Shown here piece after piece: positions 22,889-30,348 of a DNA stretch of 42,906 nucleotides. The stretch is from positions 1 through 42,906 of IMG/VR virus record IMGVR_UViG_3300045988_069513. One strand, 5' to 3'. Position 1 is the stretch's first letter. Each line of letters begins with the position of its first letter. Under the pieces are notes generated by a model. It worked only from the letters and a program-made list of their open reading frames with translations, searched no databases and was not told the origin of the DNA. The DNA is from a virus. Made by a program: the position numbers and the translations under genes.

Positions 22889-23517
22889 TGAGTATGGAGC
22901 TTTGGCAGAAGTTTACGCAGACGCCCACCGAAGCGCAGAAACCTATTGAGGCAGGACGGCTCAAAGGTTTTACGGACATCAATCCCATGTGGCGACTGAA
23001 GCGGCTGACGGAGGTATTCGGCCCCGTTGGGTTCGGATGGAAGTATGAGATCACTAAGACGGAGATCATCCCTGGGGCAGACGGCGTTATATCCGCCTTC
23101 GTGGACATCCTGCTGTACTACAAGTGGGGCGGTGAATGGAGCGAAGGCATCCCCGGCACCGGCGGCAGCTCCTTTGTGGCGAAGGAGAGGAACGGCCTTT
23201 ACACCAGCGATGAGTGCTTCAAGATGGCTCTTTCCGATGCCATCGGCACGGCCTGCAAAGCCTTGGGCATGAGCGCAGACATCTACTTCTCCAAGGATCG
23301 GAGCAAGTACAACTCCGCGGAGCCGGTTGGCGATCCGGCACCGAAAAAGCCTGTCTGCACAGACTGCGGAGGCAACATCGTGCCAGTGAAGGCGGGCGAA
23401 AAGGTGTTTGCGGCGGACGACATCATCGAGAACACCACGTCCACCTACGGAGTGCCCCTGTGCTGGAAGTGCGCAAAAGAGCGGGCGAGGGCTGCGATGG
23501 GCGGCGATCATGGATGA
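22885..23517 (+). CDS. Putative single-strand annealing protein (Rad52/Sak-like) with C-terminal zinc ribbon (210 aa)
   Basis: N-terminal FTDINPMWRLKRLTEVFGPVGFGWKYE and SDECFKMALSDAIGTACKALG resemble Rad52-type phage annealases by recollection. Also carries CTDCGG...CWKC. Neighbours include SSB, RusA and an HNH-motif protein. Confidence 0.5.
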   Translation: MMSMELWQKFTQTPTEAQKPIEAGRLKGFTDINPMWRLKRLTEVFGPVGFGWKYEITKTEIIPGADGVISAFVDILLYYKWGGEWSEGIPGTGGSSFVAKERNGLYTSDECFKMALSDAIGTACKALGMSADIYFSKDRSKYNSAEPVGDPAPKKPVCTDCGGNIVPVKAGEKVFAADDIIENTTSTYGVPLCWKCAKERARAAMGGDHG

Positions 23518-24206
23518 AAACACCCTGTGACACTGTAAAGGGGAACATTGTAGGCTACGACGAGAAAAGGGGTGAGGTGCTTATCCGCGCCCCATACTCG
23601 GACTGGCCGACCATGCTCCGCAGGGAGTACAAGCATTGCCTTGTGCAGATGGTGGACTCCAGGCCGCTATCCGACCAGCAGCGGAAGATGTGCTATGCCC
23701 TGCTCCGGGAGATTGCAGACTACACCGGTCAGGGGATAGGCCCCACGAAGGAATGGATGAAGATCAAGTTCCTGGCTGACGATCTGGAACAGACGGCGGA
23801 CAAGATATTCTCCCTGAGCAACGCGCCCATGAGCCTGGTGTGCGCCTTTCAGAGATACCTGATCCGCTTTGTCCTGGACTTTGACATCCCCTGCCGGTTC
23901 TCCCTGCTGGAGTACGCGGACGACATCCCGGATTATATCTACCACTGCCTCATGACCAAGAAGTGCTGCATCTGCGGCGCACATACCGACTTGCATCACG
24001 TGGAGCGGGTGGGCATGGGCAGAAACCGCAACGAGATCATTCACGAGGGGATGGAAGTGCTTCCCCTTTGCCGGGAACACCACCAGGAGGCCCACACGAT
24101 GGCGGACGAGGACTTTTTTGCGAAGTACCACTTACCGGGTGGCATTGTGTTAGACAAGACGCTGTGCCGCCTGTACGGGCTGAAGAAGAGAGGAGACAAG
24201 GCGTGA
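23514..24206 (+). CDS. HNH-motif protein (DUF968-like), 230 aa
   Basis: ATGA-coupled start. The C-terminal CCICGAHTDLHHVERVGMGRNRNEIIHEGMEVLPLCREHHQEAH carries a Cys/His HNH-like signature. Confidence 0.55.
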   Translation: MKTPCDTVKGNIVGYDEKRGEVLIRAPYSDWPTMLRREYKHCLVQMVDSRPLSDQQRKMCYALLREIADYTGQGIGPTKEWMKIKFLADDLEQTADKIFSLSNAPMSLVCAFQRYLIRFVLDFDIPCRFSLLEYADDIPDYIYHCLMTKKCCICGAHTDLHHVERVGMGRNRNEIIHEGMEVLPLCREHHQEAHTMADEDFFAKYHLPGGIVLDKTLCRLYGLKKRGDKA

Positions 24207-24490
24207 ACATTCTGGACTATATCCCACAGGGGCGGGCGAATGCCGTAACCCGGCGGGAGCTGGGACTGATCTTGAACCTGCCGGACAGAACGATCCGGAA
24301 CATGATCGAGGACGCCCGGCGAGAGGGTGCGATCATCATCAACGACGGCTCCGGCATTGGGTACTACCGAAGCGACAACCTGCAGGATCTGCACCGGCAG
24401 TACAAGATGAACCAAAGCAGGGCCATGAGCGTGCTGGTGCAGCAGAAGCATCTGCGGCGCCGGATCAAGGAGCTGGGTGGTGAAGCGTGA
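24203..24490 (+). CDS. Winged-helix-like DNA-binding protein (95 aa)
   Basis: GTGA-coupled GTG start. AVTRRELGLILNLPDRTIRNMIEDARREGAIIIN resembles a wHTH. Confidence 0.5.
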   Translation: MNILDYIPQGRANAVTRRELGLILNLPDRTIRNMIEDARREGAIIINDGSGIGYYRSDNLQDLHRQYKMNQSRAMSVLVQQKHLRRRIKELGGEA

Positions 24491-24852
24491 GAGAGCTGAC
24501 CATCACCCTGCAAGGGGTGCCGCCAAGCCTGAACCGATTTGCCGGGAGGCAGAACGCCTGGGAATACCGGCAGGCCAAGCAGCAATGGACAAGCGCGGTC
24601 TACTACACCTGCAAGGCAAGCAAGGACAGGCCGGCGCAGCCATTTAAGCGGGCGGTGGTGGAGATCACCTATTATTTCCCGGACAAGAGGCGAAGGGACA
24701 GCGATAACTTTGCCGGGAAATTCCTGCTGGACGGGCTTACACAGGCGGGCGTGATCGCAGACGACGACTTTGCCCACATCCGTCTTGTGTTGGCCGGGGC
24801 ATACGACAAGAACAATCCACACACGGAAATCAGAATAACAGAAACAGAATAA
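24487..24852 (+). CDS. rusA: RusA-family Holliday junction resolvase (121 aa)
   Basis: PPSLNR..., RRDSDNFAGKFLLDGLTQAGVIADDD matches the RusA acidic catalytic motif. GTGA-coupled start. Confidence 0.8.
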   Translation: MRELTITLQGVPPSLNRFAGRQNAWEYRQAKQQWTSAVYYTCKASKDRPAQPFKRAVVEITYYFPDKRRRDSDNFAGKFLLDGLTQAGVIADDDFAHIRLVLAGAYDKNNPHTEIRITETE

Positions 24853-24894
24853 GCGGCCTGTCGGTGGAAGGTAAACCGACGGAAAGGAATTATT

Positions 24895-25206
24895 ATGAAC
24901 ACCACTATCAACACCGCCGTTATCGGAAAATTCTGCGTCATCCGCTGCAGCCGAGCCGGGGTCTTTGCCGGTACTGTTGAGGAAATGGACGGCCAGACCG
25001 TCCTTGTGAGAAATGTCCGCAAACTGTGGCGGTGGTACGGGGCCACGGAAACGATGCAGATCGCGCTGGAGGGCGTGAAGCGCCCCCGCGACTGCCGCTT
25101 TACCGTGTCCGTGGACAGCCTTGTGCTGACGGACGCTATCGAGGTCACGCCCGCTACCGAGGCCGCAAAAGCCTCCATCGATGGGGTGAAGGTATGGAAG
25201 ATCTGA
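24895..25206 (+). CDS. Hypothetical protein (103 aa)
   Basis: ORF with RBS GGAAAGGA and good third-position GC. No family recognised. Confidence 0.55.
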   Translation: MNTTINTAVIGKFCVIRCSRAGVFAGTVEEMDGQTVLVRNVRKLWRWYGATETMQIALEGVKRPRDCRFTVSVDSLVLTDAIEVTPATEAAKASIDGVKVWKI

Positions 25207-25775
25207 AAACCAAAATCCGTGAGTTTCTGAACGGCTCCGGCGACGACTCCGGCTACGGCTACGGCTCCGGCGACGGCTATGGCTACGGCGACGGCTCCGG
25301 CGACGGCTTGAAAGAATATAACGGGCAGGCGGTCTACTTTGTGGACGCTGTTCCGACCCTCATAGACCATGTCCACGGCAGCTTTGCCAAGGGCAGGATC
25401 GTAAAGGGCGATTTGACTACAGAGACCTGCTATATCGTCAAGCGCGGCGGCCTCTTTGCCCACGGTGAGACCCTAAAAGAAGCCACGGAGGCGGTGCGGG
25501 AGAAGGTGTTCGATGATATGCCGGAGGAGGATCGGATCGCCGCCTTTGTGGAGGCGTACCCGAACCCCGAGCAGGCGGTGGACAATCGGGAGCTTTTCGA
25601 CTGGCACCATCGGCTCACCGGCTCCTGCGAAATGGGGCGAAAGGCGTTTGTGGCGGATCGTGGGCTGTCTCTTGACGGCAAAACCACCGTGGCGGCGTTT
25701 ATCCGCCTCACGGAAAACGCCTACGGCGGCGAGACTATACGAAAGATGAAAGCACACTACGAGGAGGATATTTGA
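25194..25775 (+). CDS. Hypothetical protein with N-terminal Gly/Tyr/Asp/Ser repeat (193 aa)
   Basis: ATG 25194. The N-terminus reads GSGDDSGYGYGSGDGYGYGDGSGDG, followed by a globular domain. Confidence 0.6.
   Translation: MEDLKTKIREFLNGSGDDSGYGYGSGDGYGYGDGSGDGLKEYNGQAVYFVDAVPTLIDHVHGSFAKGRIVKGDLTTETCYIVKRGGLFAHGETLKEATEAVREKVFDDMPEEDRIAAFVEAYPNPEQAVDNRELFDWHHRLTGSCEMGRKAFVADRGLSLDGKTTVAAFIRLTENAYGGETIRKMKAHYEEDI
25231..25308 (+). repeat. About 2.5 copies of a 30-nt tandem repeat (cggctccggcgacg...)
   Basis: cggctccggcgacg recurs at 25231, 25261 and 25291 and encodes the GSGD-GYGYG repeat. Confidence 0.85.
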
Positions 25776-25776
25776 C

Positions 25777-26181
25777 ATGGCACTGAACAGAACCTGCATC
25801 CAGGGGCGGCTTACGCGAGACGTGGAGCTGCGAACCACCGGCACCGGCGTCCCTGTTACGTCCGGCACGATTGCATGGAGCGAGAAGCACGGCGAGACGG
25901 AAACGAAGCTGTTCCTTCCCTTTGTCGCCTGGCGCGGCACGGCGGAAATGCTTGCCCGGTGGTTTTCCAAAGGGCAGGAGCTTTTGCTGGAGGGCAAGCT
26001 GACCACACGGGCCTGGACAGACAAGACCGGGCAGAAGAGAGAAGTTGTTGAGCTGGTGGTAGACAGCGTACACTTCTGCGGAAACAAACTCACAGACCGC
26101 CCTGCGGCCTCTCCGGCATATGAGGAGCCCGGAGAGCAGTATGCCGTCATTGACGATACGGACGAGACGCTGCCGTTTTGA
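25777..26181 (+). CDS. ssb: Single-stranded DNA-binding protein (134 aa)
   Basis: OB-fold-type N-terminus (NRTCIQGRLTRDVELR...FLPFVAWRGTAE) and an acidic C-terminal tip DDTDETLPF. Confidence 0.85.
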   Translation: MALNRTCIQGRLTRDVELRTTGTGVPVTSGTIAWSEKHGETETKLFLPFVAWRGTAEMLARWFSKGQELLLEGKLTTRAWTDKTGQKREVVELVVDSVHFCGNKLTDRPAASPAYEEPGEQYAVIDDTDETLPF

Positions 26182-26396
26182 TTGCCAGAAAGCCGCTGCC
26201 GCCTTGCGTTTTGGGCAGTCCTTCACGCAAGGCCGGCTGTGCGGCAGGCTGTGAGGCGTGGGCGGCATATGAAGAACAGAGGAACGAGTTTTACCACAGC
26301 AAGCACCAGGACTTTGAGGCGGAGATGCTGAGCGCGGCAGAGCGCCGCCGGGTAAGACAAAAGGCGTGGAAGAACCCACGATACAGGAGGGTGTAA
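26178..26396 (+). CDS. Small hypothetical protein (72 aa)
   Basis: Start overlaps the ssb stop. Basic C-terminus. Coding status moderate. Confidence 0.45.
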   Translation: MIARKPLPPCVLGSPSRKAGCAAGCEAWAAYEEQRNEFYHSKHQDFEAEMLSAAERRRVRQKAWKNPRYRRV

Positions 26397-26740
26397 TGAT
26401 TTTAGACTCAGGAGACCGCCGGAGGTTTGATACCGGCGCGGTACGCGATATGGCCGAGGGGAAGGGACGGATGGACTTGCTTCCCTGGGCGGCGATCATG
26501 GAAGTGTCCAAGCATTGCGAGAACGGAGCACAAAAGTACGGAGAGCACAACGTTGACAAGGGAATACCGACGCACAGCCTTTGCGACTCCGCCGCACGGC
26601 ATCTTGCAAAGTACCTGGACGGCATGACGGATGAGCCGCATCTGCTGGCGGCTGCGTGGAATTTGCTCTGGGCGATCCAGATGGAGCTGAAGCACCCGGA
26701 GATGGTGGACACGCCCTGGAGGGACCCGAATGCGGAGTAA
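26396..26740 (+). CDS. DUF5664-like domain protein (N-terminal domain of dATP/dGTP diphosphohydrolase MazZ-type), 114 aa
   Basis: DSGDRRRFDTGAVRDMAEGKGRMDLLP...KHCENGAQKYGEHNVDKGIP...DSAARHLAKYLDGMTDEPHLLAAAWNLLWA matches my recollection of this conserved phage domain. TAATG-coupled start with AGGAGGG. Confidence 0.6.
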   Translation: MILDSGDRRRFDTGAVRDMAEGKGRMDLLPWAAIMEVSKHCENGAQKYGEHNVDKGIPTHSLCDSAARHLAKYLDGMTDEPHLLAAAWNLLWAIQMELKHPEMVDTPWRDPNAE

Positions 26741-27155
26741 CGAGTTTCACAACCGGCTGCGATACCTCCGGGAATATCGGGAGATGACATCCGCGGAAAT
26801 GGCAAGGCATACCGGACTGTCAAAGGCGCAATACTGCAACTATGAGATGGGGAAGCATACCCCGAACATCGAGATCGCGCACAGGATCGCCAAGACCCTC
26901 AACGTGCCGCTGGCCTTCCTGTTCGAAGGCGAGCTGCCGAAGCAGAAAACACCGGAGTGGGTGCGGGAGGAGTGCGTGCTGGGCAAGAAGAATGTCAACG
27001 ACTCCGCCGCATACCGGTGCGGGATCGACTGCAAGCGGTGCGGCTGGAATGCGTATGTTGCGGCGCAGCGGAAGCAGGCGATTCGGGAAGGGCGGATGGT
27101 GTGCGACGACCGGGGCCTCCAGACCCTGCGTGTGGGCAGAATGGGGGTGCGGTAA
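26730..27155 (+). CDS. XRE-family HTH protein with Cys-rich C-terminal extension (141 aa)
   Basis: RLRYLREYREMTSAEMARHTGLSKAQYCNYEMGKHTPNIEIAHRIAKTLNVPLAFL is a canonical XRE HTH. Confidence 0.75.
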   Translation: MRSNEFHNRLRYLREYREMTSAEMARHTGLSKAQYCNYEMGKHTPNIEIAHRIAKTLNVPLAFLFEGELPKQKTPEWVREECVLGKKNVNDSAAYRCGIDCKRCGWNAYVAAQRKQAIREGRMVCDDRGLQTLRVGRMGVR

Positions 27156-27412
27156 TGGCGGTTATCAAAGTCCGGGACAGCTACAAGGTGTGGACAAGGG
27201 AAACCATGAAGAACCGCATGATAGCTTGTGCCTTCGTCCATCACAATGTTACAAACCCGGAGAAGCTGCTGAACCGCACATACCGCTCCATGTTCATCGA
27301 GTGGTATCTGCACAACATCGGGTACTATGTGACATTGCCGTTTACGAGGATCGAAGCATTGCGGAAAATCAATCTGCGGTGCAAGGATGTTGATTTGGAG
27401 GAATGGAAATGA
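27155..27412 (+). CDS. Hypothetical protein (85 aa)
   Basis: TAATG-coupled ATG 27155. The longer track ORFs are upstream extensions in a frame that overlaps the previous gene. Confidence 0.5.
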   Translation: MAVIKVRDSYKVWTRETMKNRMIACAFVHHNVTNPEKLLNRTYRSMFIEWYLHNIGYYVTLPFTRIEALRKINLRCKDVDLEEWK

Positions 27413-27717
27413 CTGACAGAGAAAAGCTGATTAAGTTGCTGAAAAGTAACCCATATGCAAATACCCCATATTCGATTGCCGACCACCTTCTTGCCAACGG
27501 CGTAATCGTACTGCCCTGTAAGGCGGGAGATACGGTGTATGTCTTGCGAGAGGTATACGAGTATGGTGGAAACTATTATAGAGAAATATCTGAGGAAACG
27601 GCAGAAGTGTTCTCTTTGGGAACGGATGAGGATTTTTATTCGCTTGAACAATTCGGCAAAACCGTCTTTCTCACCCGTGAGGAAGCAGAAGCGGCGTTGA
27701 AGAAGGGGCAGGAATGA
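27403..27717 (+). CDS. Hypothetical protein (104 aa)
   Basis: RBS GGAGGAA. Lies in the lower-GC segment. No family recognised. Confidence 0.55.
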   Translation: MEMTDREKLIKLLKSNPYANTPYSIADHLLANGVIVLPCKAGDTVYVLREVYEYGGNYYREISEETAEVFSLGTDEDFYSLEQFGKTVFLTREEAEAALKKGQE

Positions 27718-28019
27718 AAACTTGCGGAGATTGCATCCACGCAGATATTTGCGAAAATGACCCAAGCATTCCCGGTTTCAACCGAGATAATCTTGCCTAC
27801 TGCCAAGGCTTCCGTGCAGAGCAGAAGTGGATTCCTGTGACGGAGAGGTTGCCGGAGGAAAGGCATTGGGTGCTGGTGTGGCACACCGGATATGGGACAG
27901 CAAAGAAAGCGAAGTACAAGGACGAGGGTTTGCCTATGTTTGTGCTTGATGGACACTGCGATAACAACGGAGAAGTCACCCATTGGATGCCGCTTCCCGA
28001 GCCGCCGAAAGGAGAATGA
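27714..28019 (+). CDS. DUF551-like protein with N-terminal Cys cluster (101 aa)
   Basis: WIPVTERLPEE...THWMPLPEPP is the DUF551 signature as I recall it. ATGA-coupled. Confidence 0.6.
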   Translation: MKTCGDCIHADICENDPSIPGFNRDNLAYCQGFRAEQKWIPVTERLPEERHWVLVWHTGYGTAKKAKYKDEGLPMFVLDGHCDNNGEVTHWMPLPEPPKGE

Positions 28020-28021
28020 TT

Positions 28022-28264
28022 ATGGGATTGTGCGAAAACTGCAAGATCACGATGTGCCGAGCTGAAAGGGATGATGTAATCGGGTGCGCTGAATTTGTTG
28101 CAAAGGACACAAATGTCCTTACCAACGCAGACCGCATCCGGGCGATGAGTGATGAGGAATTGGCAACCGAACTGCTTCCTTTGTTTGAGGCATTGTGTGA
28201 GGACGGTATACCAAGCCCGGAGTATATGCGATTCTGGCTCAAACAGCCGATGGAGGGGGAATGA
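28022..28264 (+). CDS. Small Cys-containing hypothetical protein (80 aa)
   Basis: AAGGAGA lies 7 nt upstream of ATG 28022 (MGLCENCKITMC...). Confidence 0.5.
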   Translation: MGLCENCKITMCRAERDDVIGCAEFVAKDTNVLTNADRIRAMSDEELATELLPLFEALCEDGIPSPEYMRFWLKQPMEGE

Positions 28265-28407
28265 TGACACTAAAGGACAAGGAAACAATACAGAGAATGC
28301 TTGGAAAAATCGAAGCAGTAGCCTTTGTGTTGAATGAAAAATATTCCACCGTGTTGCTTGATGCTTTGGAGGTAATAGACAACATACTTGATAAGGAGGG
28401 TGAATGA
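28261..28407 (+). CDS. Small hypothetical protein (48 aa)
   Basis: ATGA-coupled at both ends, translated by hand (MMTLKDKETIQRMLGKIEAVAFVLNEKYSTVLLDALEVIDNILDKEGE). Confidence 0.4.
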   Translation: MMTLKDKETIQRMLGKIEAVAFVLNEKYSTVLLDALEVIDNILDKEGE

Positions 28408-28565
28408 TGGCTCTTGACAAAGCGATAGAACACGGCAAAGAAAAGCGAAAGCCTTATCGTGGTGCAAAAGCGATAGACCCTCATTGTAGAAACCACGGAA
28501 ATTGTCCGTGGTGTCAACGCAAGGTGAAGTATAAGGACAAGAAACGGAGAGTGAATGATGGCTGA
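28404..28565 (+). CDS. Small basic Cys/His protein (53 aa)
   Basis: AAGGAGGG precedes ATG 28404. The peptide contains HCRNHGNCPWC. Confidence 0.45.
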   Translation: MMALDKAIEHGKEKRKPYRGAKAIDPHCRNHGNCPWCQRKVKYKDKKRRVNDG

Positions 28566-28839
28566 TGAAAAACGGCTGATTGATGCCAATGCGTTAATTG
28601 AAGAATTGGATAAAATAAATCTATATGACCCAATTCACATACTGCGAGATACAAAAATGGCTGTAAGAAAAGCACCTACAATAAAAGTCCAGCCTGTCAA
28701 GAATGGTAATTGGGTGTATTATTCCGCAACGATGCAAGAATGTTCAAATTGCAAACAACACACAGCACGGCACAAGTTCAAGTATTGTCCGCACTGCGGA
28801 GCAACAATGGGGGATAAATTACATTATGCGATTGACTGA
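28555..28839 (+). CDS. Zinc-ribbon protein (94 aa), paralogue of the next gene
   Basis: C-terminal CSNCKQH...YCPHCGATM. Confidence 0.55.
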   Translation: MMADEKRLIDANALIEELDKINLYDPIHILRDTKMAVRKAPTIKVQPVKNGNWVYYSATMQECSNCKQHTARHKFKYCPHCGATMGDKLHYAID

Positions 28840-29125
28840 CAAACGATTTCTTTCTCAAGGTTTTTATCAGCCAAAAAACAAAGAAGAACGGAAAGAAATA
28901 TTAAATATGGAAAAGCCGTCCTATGAGGAAATCTACAGAAAGCTCGGCGAGTACGAAAACAGAGAATGCCATGGAAAGTGGCTATTTATTGACATTGACG
29001 GTTATTGGTATAATGAGTGCTCTGTTTGCGGACAAAGAACGGAAAACAACACAGGCCATCCTCCCGATTTTAACTATTGCCCTTATTGCGGTGCGAAGAT
29101 GGACGGAGGGAATGACGATGGCTGA
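28826..29125 (+). CDS. Zinc-ribbon protein (99 aa), paralogue of the previous gene
   Basis: C-terminal CSVCGQR...YCPYCGAKM. Start choice (28826) is uncertain. Confidence 0.5.
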   Translation: MRLTDKRFLSQGFYQPKNKEERKEILNMEKPSYEEIYRKLGEYENRECHGKWLFIDIDGYWYNECSVCGQRTENNTGHPPDFNYCPYCGAKMDGGNDDG

Positions 29126-29396
29126 TGCAGACCGCTGTGTTATGTGCGGGGCAATTATCCCCGAAGGAAGCCATGTGTGCGAAATGTGCGGGAAAACGGA
29201 GTTTCCCTATGAGCCAGACGGCAAGGCTCACAAGTGCAGGAGCGGATGCGTGTATGCCGGGAAGCTGGTTGATATGCCATGCTGCAACTATCTCTTTGAC
29301 GCAGGACACCCGCGGCCATGCCCCGCCGGGAAAGGCTGCACAGCGTACAAGCGGGGCAAACGGAAGAAGCCGGTATGGATGGAGGTTGTAGAGTAA
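29118..29396 (+). CDS. Cys-rich small protein (92 aa)
   Basis: GGAGGG lies 7 nt upstream of ATG 29118. The peptide has CVMCG...CEMCG plus further Cys pairs. Confidence 0.55.
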   Translation: MADADRCVMCGAIIPEGSHVCEMCGKTEFPYEPDGKAHKCRSGCVYAGKLVDMPCCNYLFDAGHPRPCPAGKGCTAYKRGKRKKPVWMEVVE

Positions 29397-29668
29397 TGGA
29401 TTACGAGAAGGAATACAAGCGGTGGAAGGCCAGAGCGGAACGGCTGGACAAGGACCTGAAGAAGCGGAAAGAGGATGAAGCCGGCTGGCAGGAGCTGCTG
29501 CAGGCAAATAACGCCATTGTGGCGGCTGTTCTCCGATGTATAGGGGCAGGCAAGGGCGATCCGCTGAAAGTGCCCCAGCAGGCCGTGAGGGAGGAGCTGG
29601 CGGGCAAGCACAGAGTATGCGTCGGCGGAACTGCGGACAACTATCTGCTGTATGTTGAGGAAGCATAA
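29396..29668 (+). CDS. Hypothetical protein (90 aa)
   Basis: TAATG-coupled ATG 29396 (MDYEKEYKRWKARAERLDKDLKK...). Confidence 0.5.
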   Translation: MDYEKEYKRWKARAERLDKDLKKRKEDEAGWQELLQANNAIVAAVLRCIGAGKGDPLKVPQQAVREELAGKHRVCVGGTADNYLLYVEEA

Positions 29669-29677
29669 ACAGGGGGG

Positions 29678-29887
29678 ATGCTTATGCAGGAGTTTTCCCG
29701 GCGGCTGCAAGCGCTGCGGGAAAGGCGGAGAATTAGCAGGCGGGTATTGAGCGAGCTGTGCGGACTATCCTCCGATGCGGTAAGGCGGTATGAACGGGGA
29801 GAAGCGGAGCCAACGCTCACGTCCCTGCTGGCGCTGGCAGACTTTTTTGAAATATCCCTGGATGAATTGGTCGGGGAAAAGAAATAG
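29678..29887 (+). CDS. Small XRE-family HTH protein (69 aa) immediately upstream of the packaging genes
   Basis: RLQALRERRRISRRVLSELCGLSSDAVRRYERGEAEPTLTSLLALADFFEISLDELV is a canonical XRE HTH. Confidence 0.75.
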   Translation: MLMQEFSRRLQALRERRRISRRVLSELCGLSSDAVRRYERGEAEPTLTSLLALADFFEISLDELVGEKK

Positions 29888-29914
29888 GGAGAGCTTCGGC
29901 TCTCTCTATTTTTT
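29887..29914 (+). terminator. Rho-independent terminator separating early and late regions
   Basis: GAGAGC-ttcg-GCTCTC hairpin (29889-29904) followed by TCTATTTTTT. Confidence 0.75.
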
Positions 29915-30018
29915 GTGTGAAAAAGTTATAAAACTGTACAATCTGCCACTTTTAAGTGGAGCTTTTTTCTGCGGATGGTGTACGTTGCATATGTAAAACA
30001 ACGGAGAGGAGGGGGAAT

Positions 30019-30348
30019 ATGGCTGGAAAAGGCCCGCAGAAGCGGGACGATACCGGAGCGAACAGAGACGCAAAGGGAAGGTTTGGCAAGGGGAACAATG
30101 CGAACCCTGGCGGCAGACCTAAGAAGCCTGTGGAGCTGGAGCTGTACGCCAAGGACGCACCGGCAAAGCTGAGAGCCATTGCGGATGATCCTGCCACTCC
30201 CGTGAAGATCAAGGCGGACATTGAGAAGTTCTTCTTTGAGGCTGTGTACGGCAAGGCTACGCAGGCCGTGGACATGGAGGGCAAGATGGAGAGCATTGGC
30301 TCGACGGTGATCGAGTTCAAGGGAGAGATCGCTGAATGGGCGAAGTAG
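30019..30348 (+). CDS. terS: Terminase small subunit candidate (109 aa)
   Basis: GGAGGGGG RBS and ATG 30019. The basic N-terminus carries GNNANPGGRPKK, the GNPxGRP motif common in small terminases. Lies directly upstream of TerL. Confidence 0.6.
   Translation: MAGKGPQKRDDTGANRDAKGRFGKGNNANPGGRPKKPVELELYAKDAPAKLRAIADDPATPVKIKADIEKFFFEAVYGKATQAVDMEGKMESIGSTVIEFKGEIAEWAK

Noticed and set aside
29915-30018. Late promoter call (TTGTGT-18-TACAAT) and the CCACTTTTAAGTGG palindrome upstream of terS.
   Set aside because: The hexamers are weak and the palindrome loop is too short for a hairpin. It is plausible as a regulator or pac-related site, but the sequence alone does not support a feature call.
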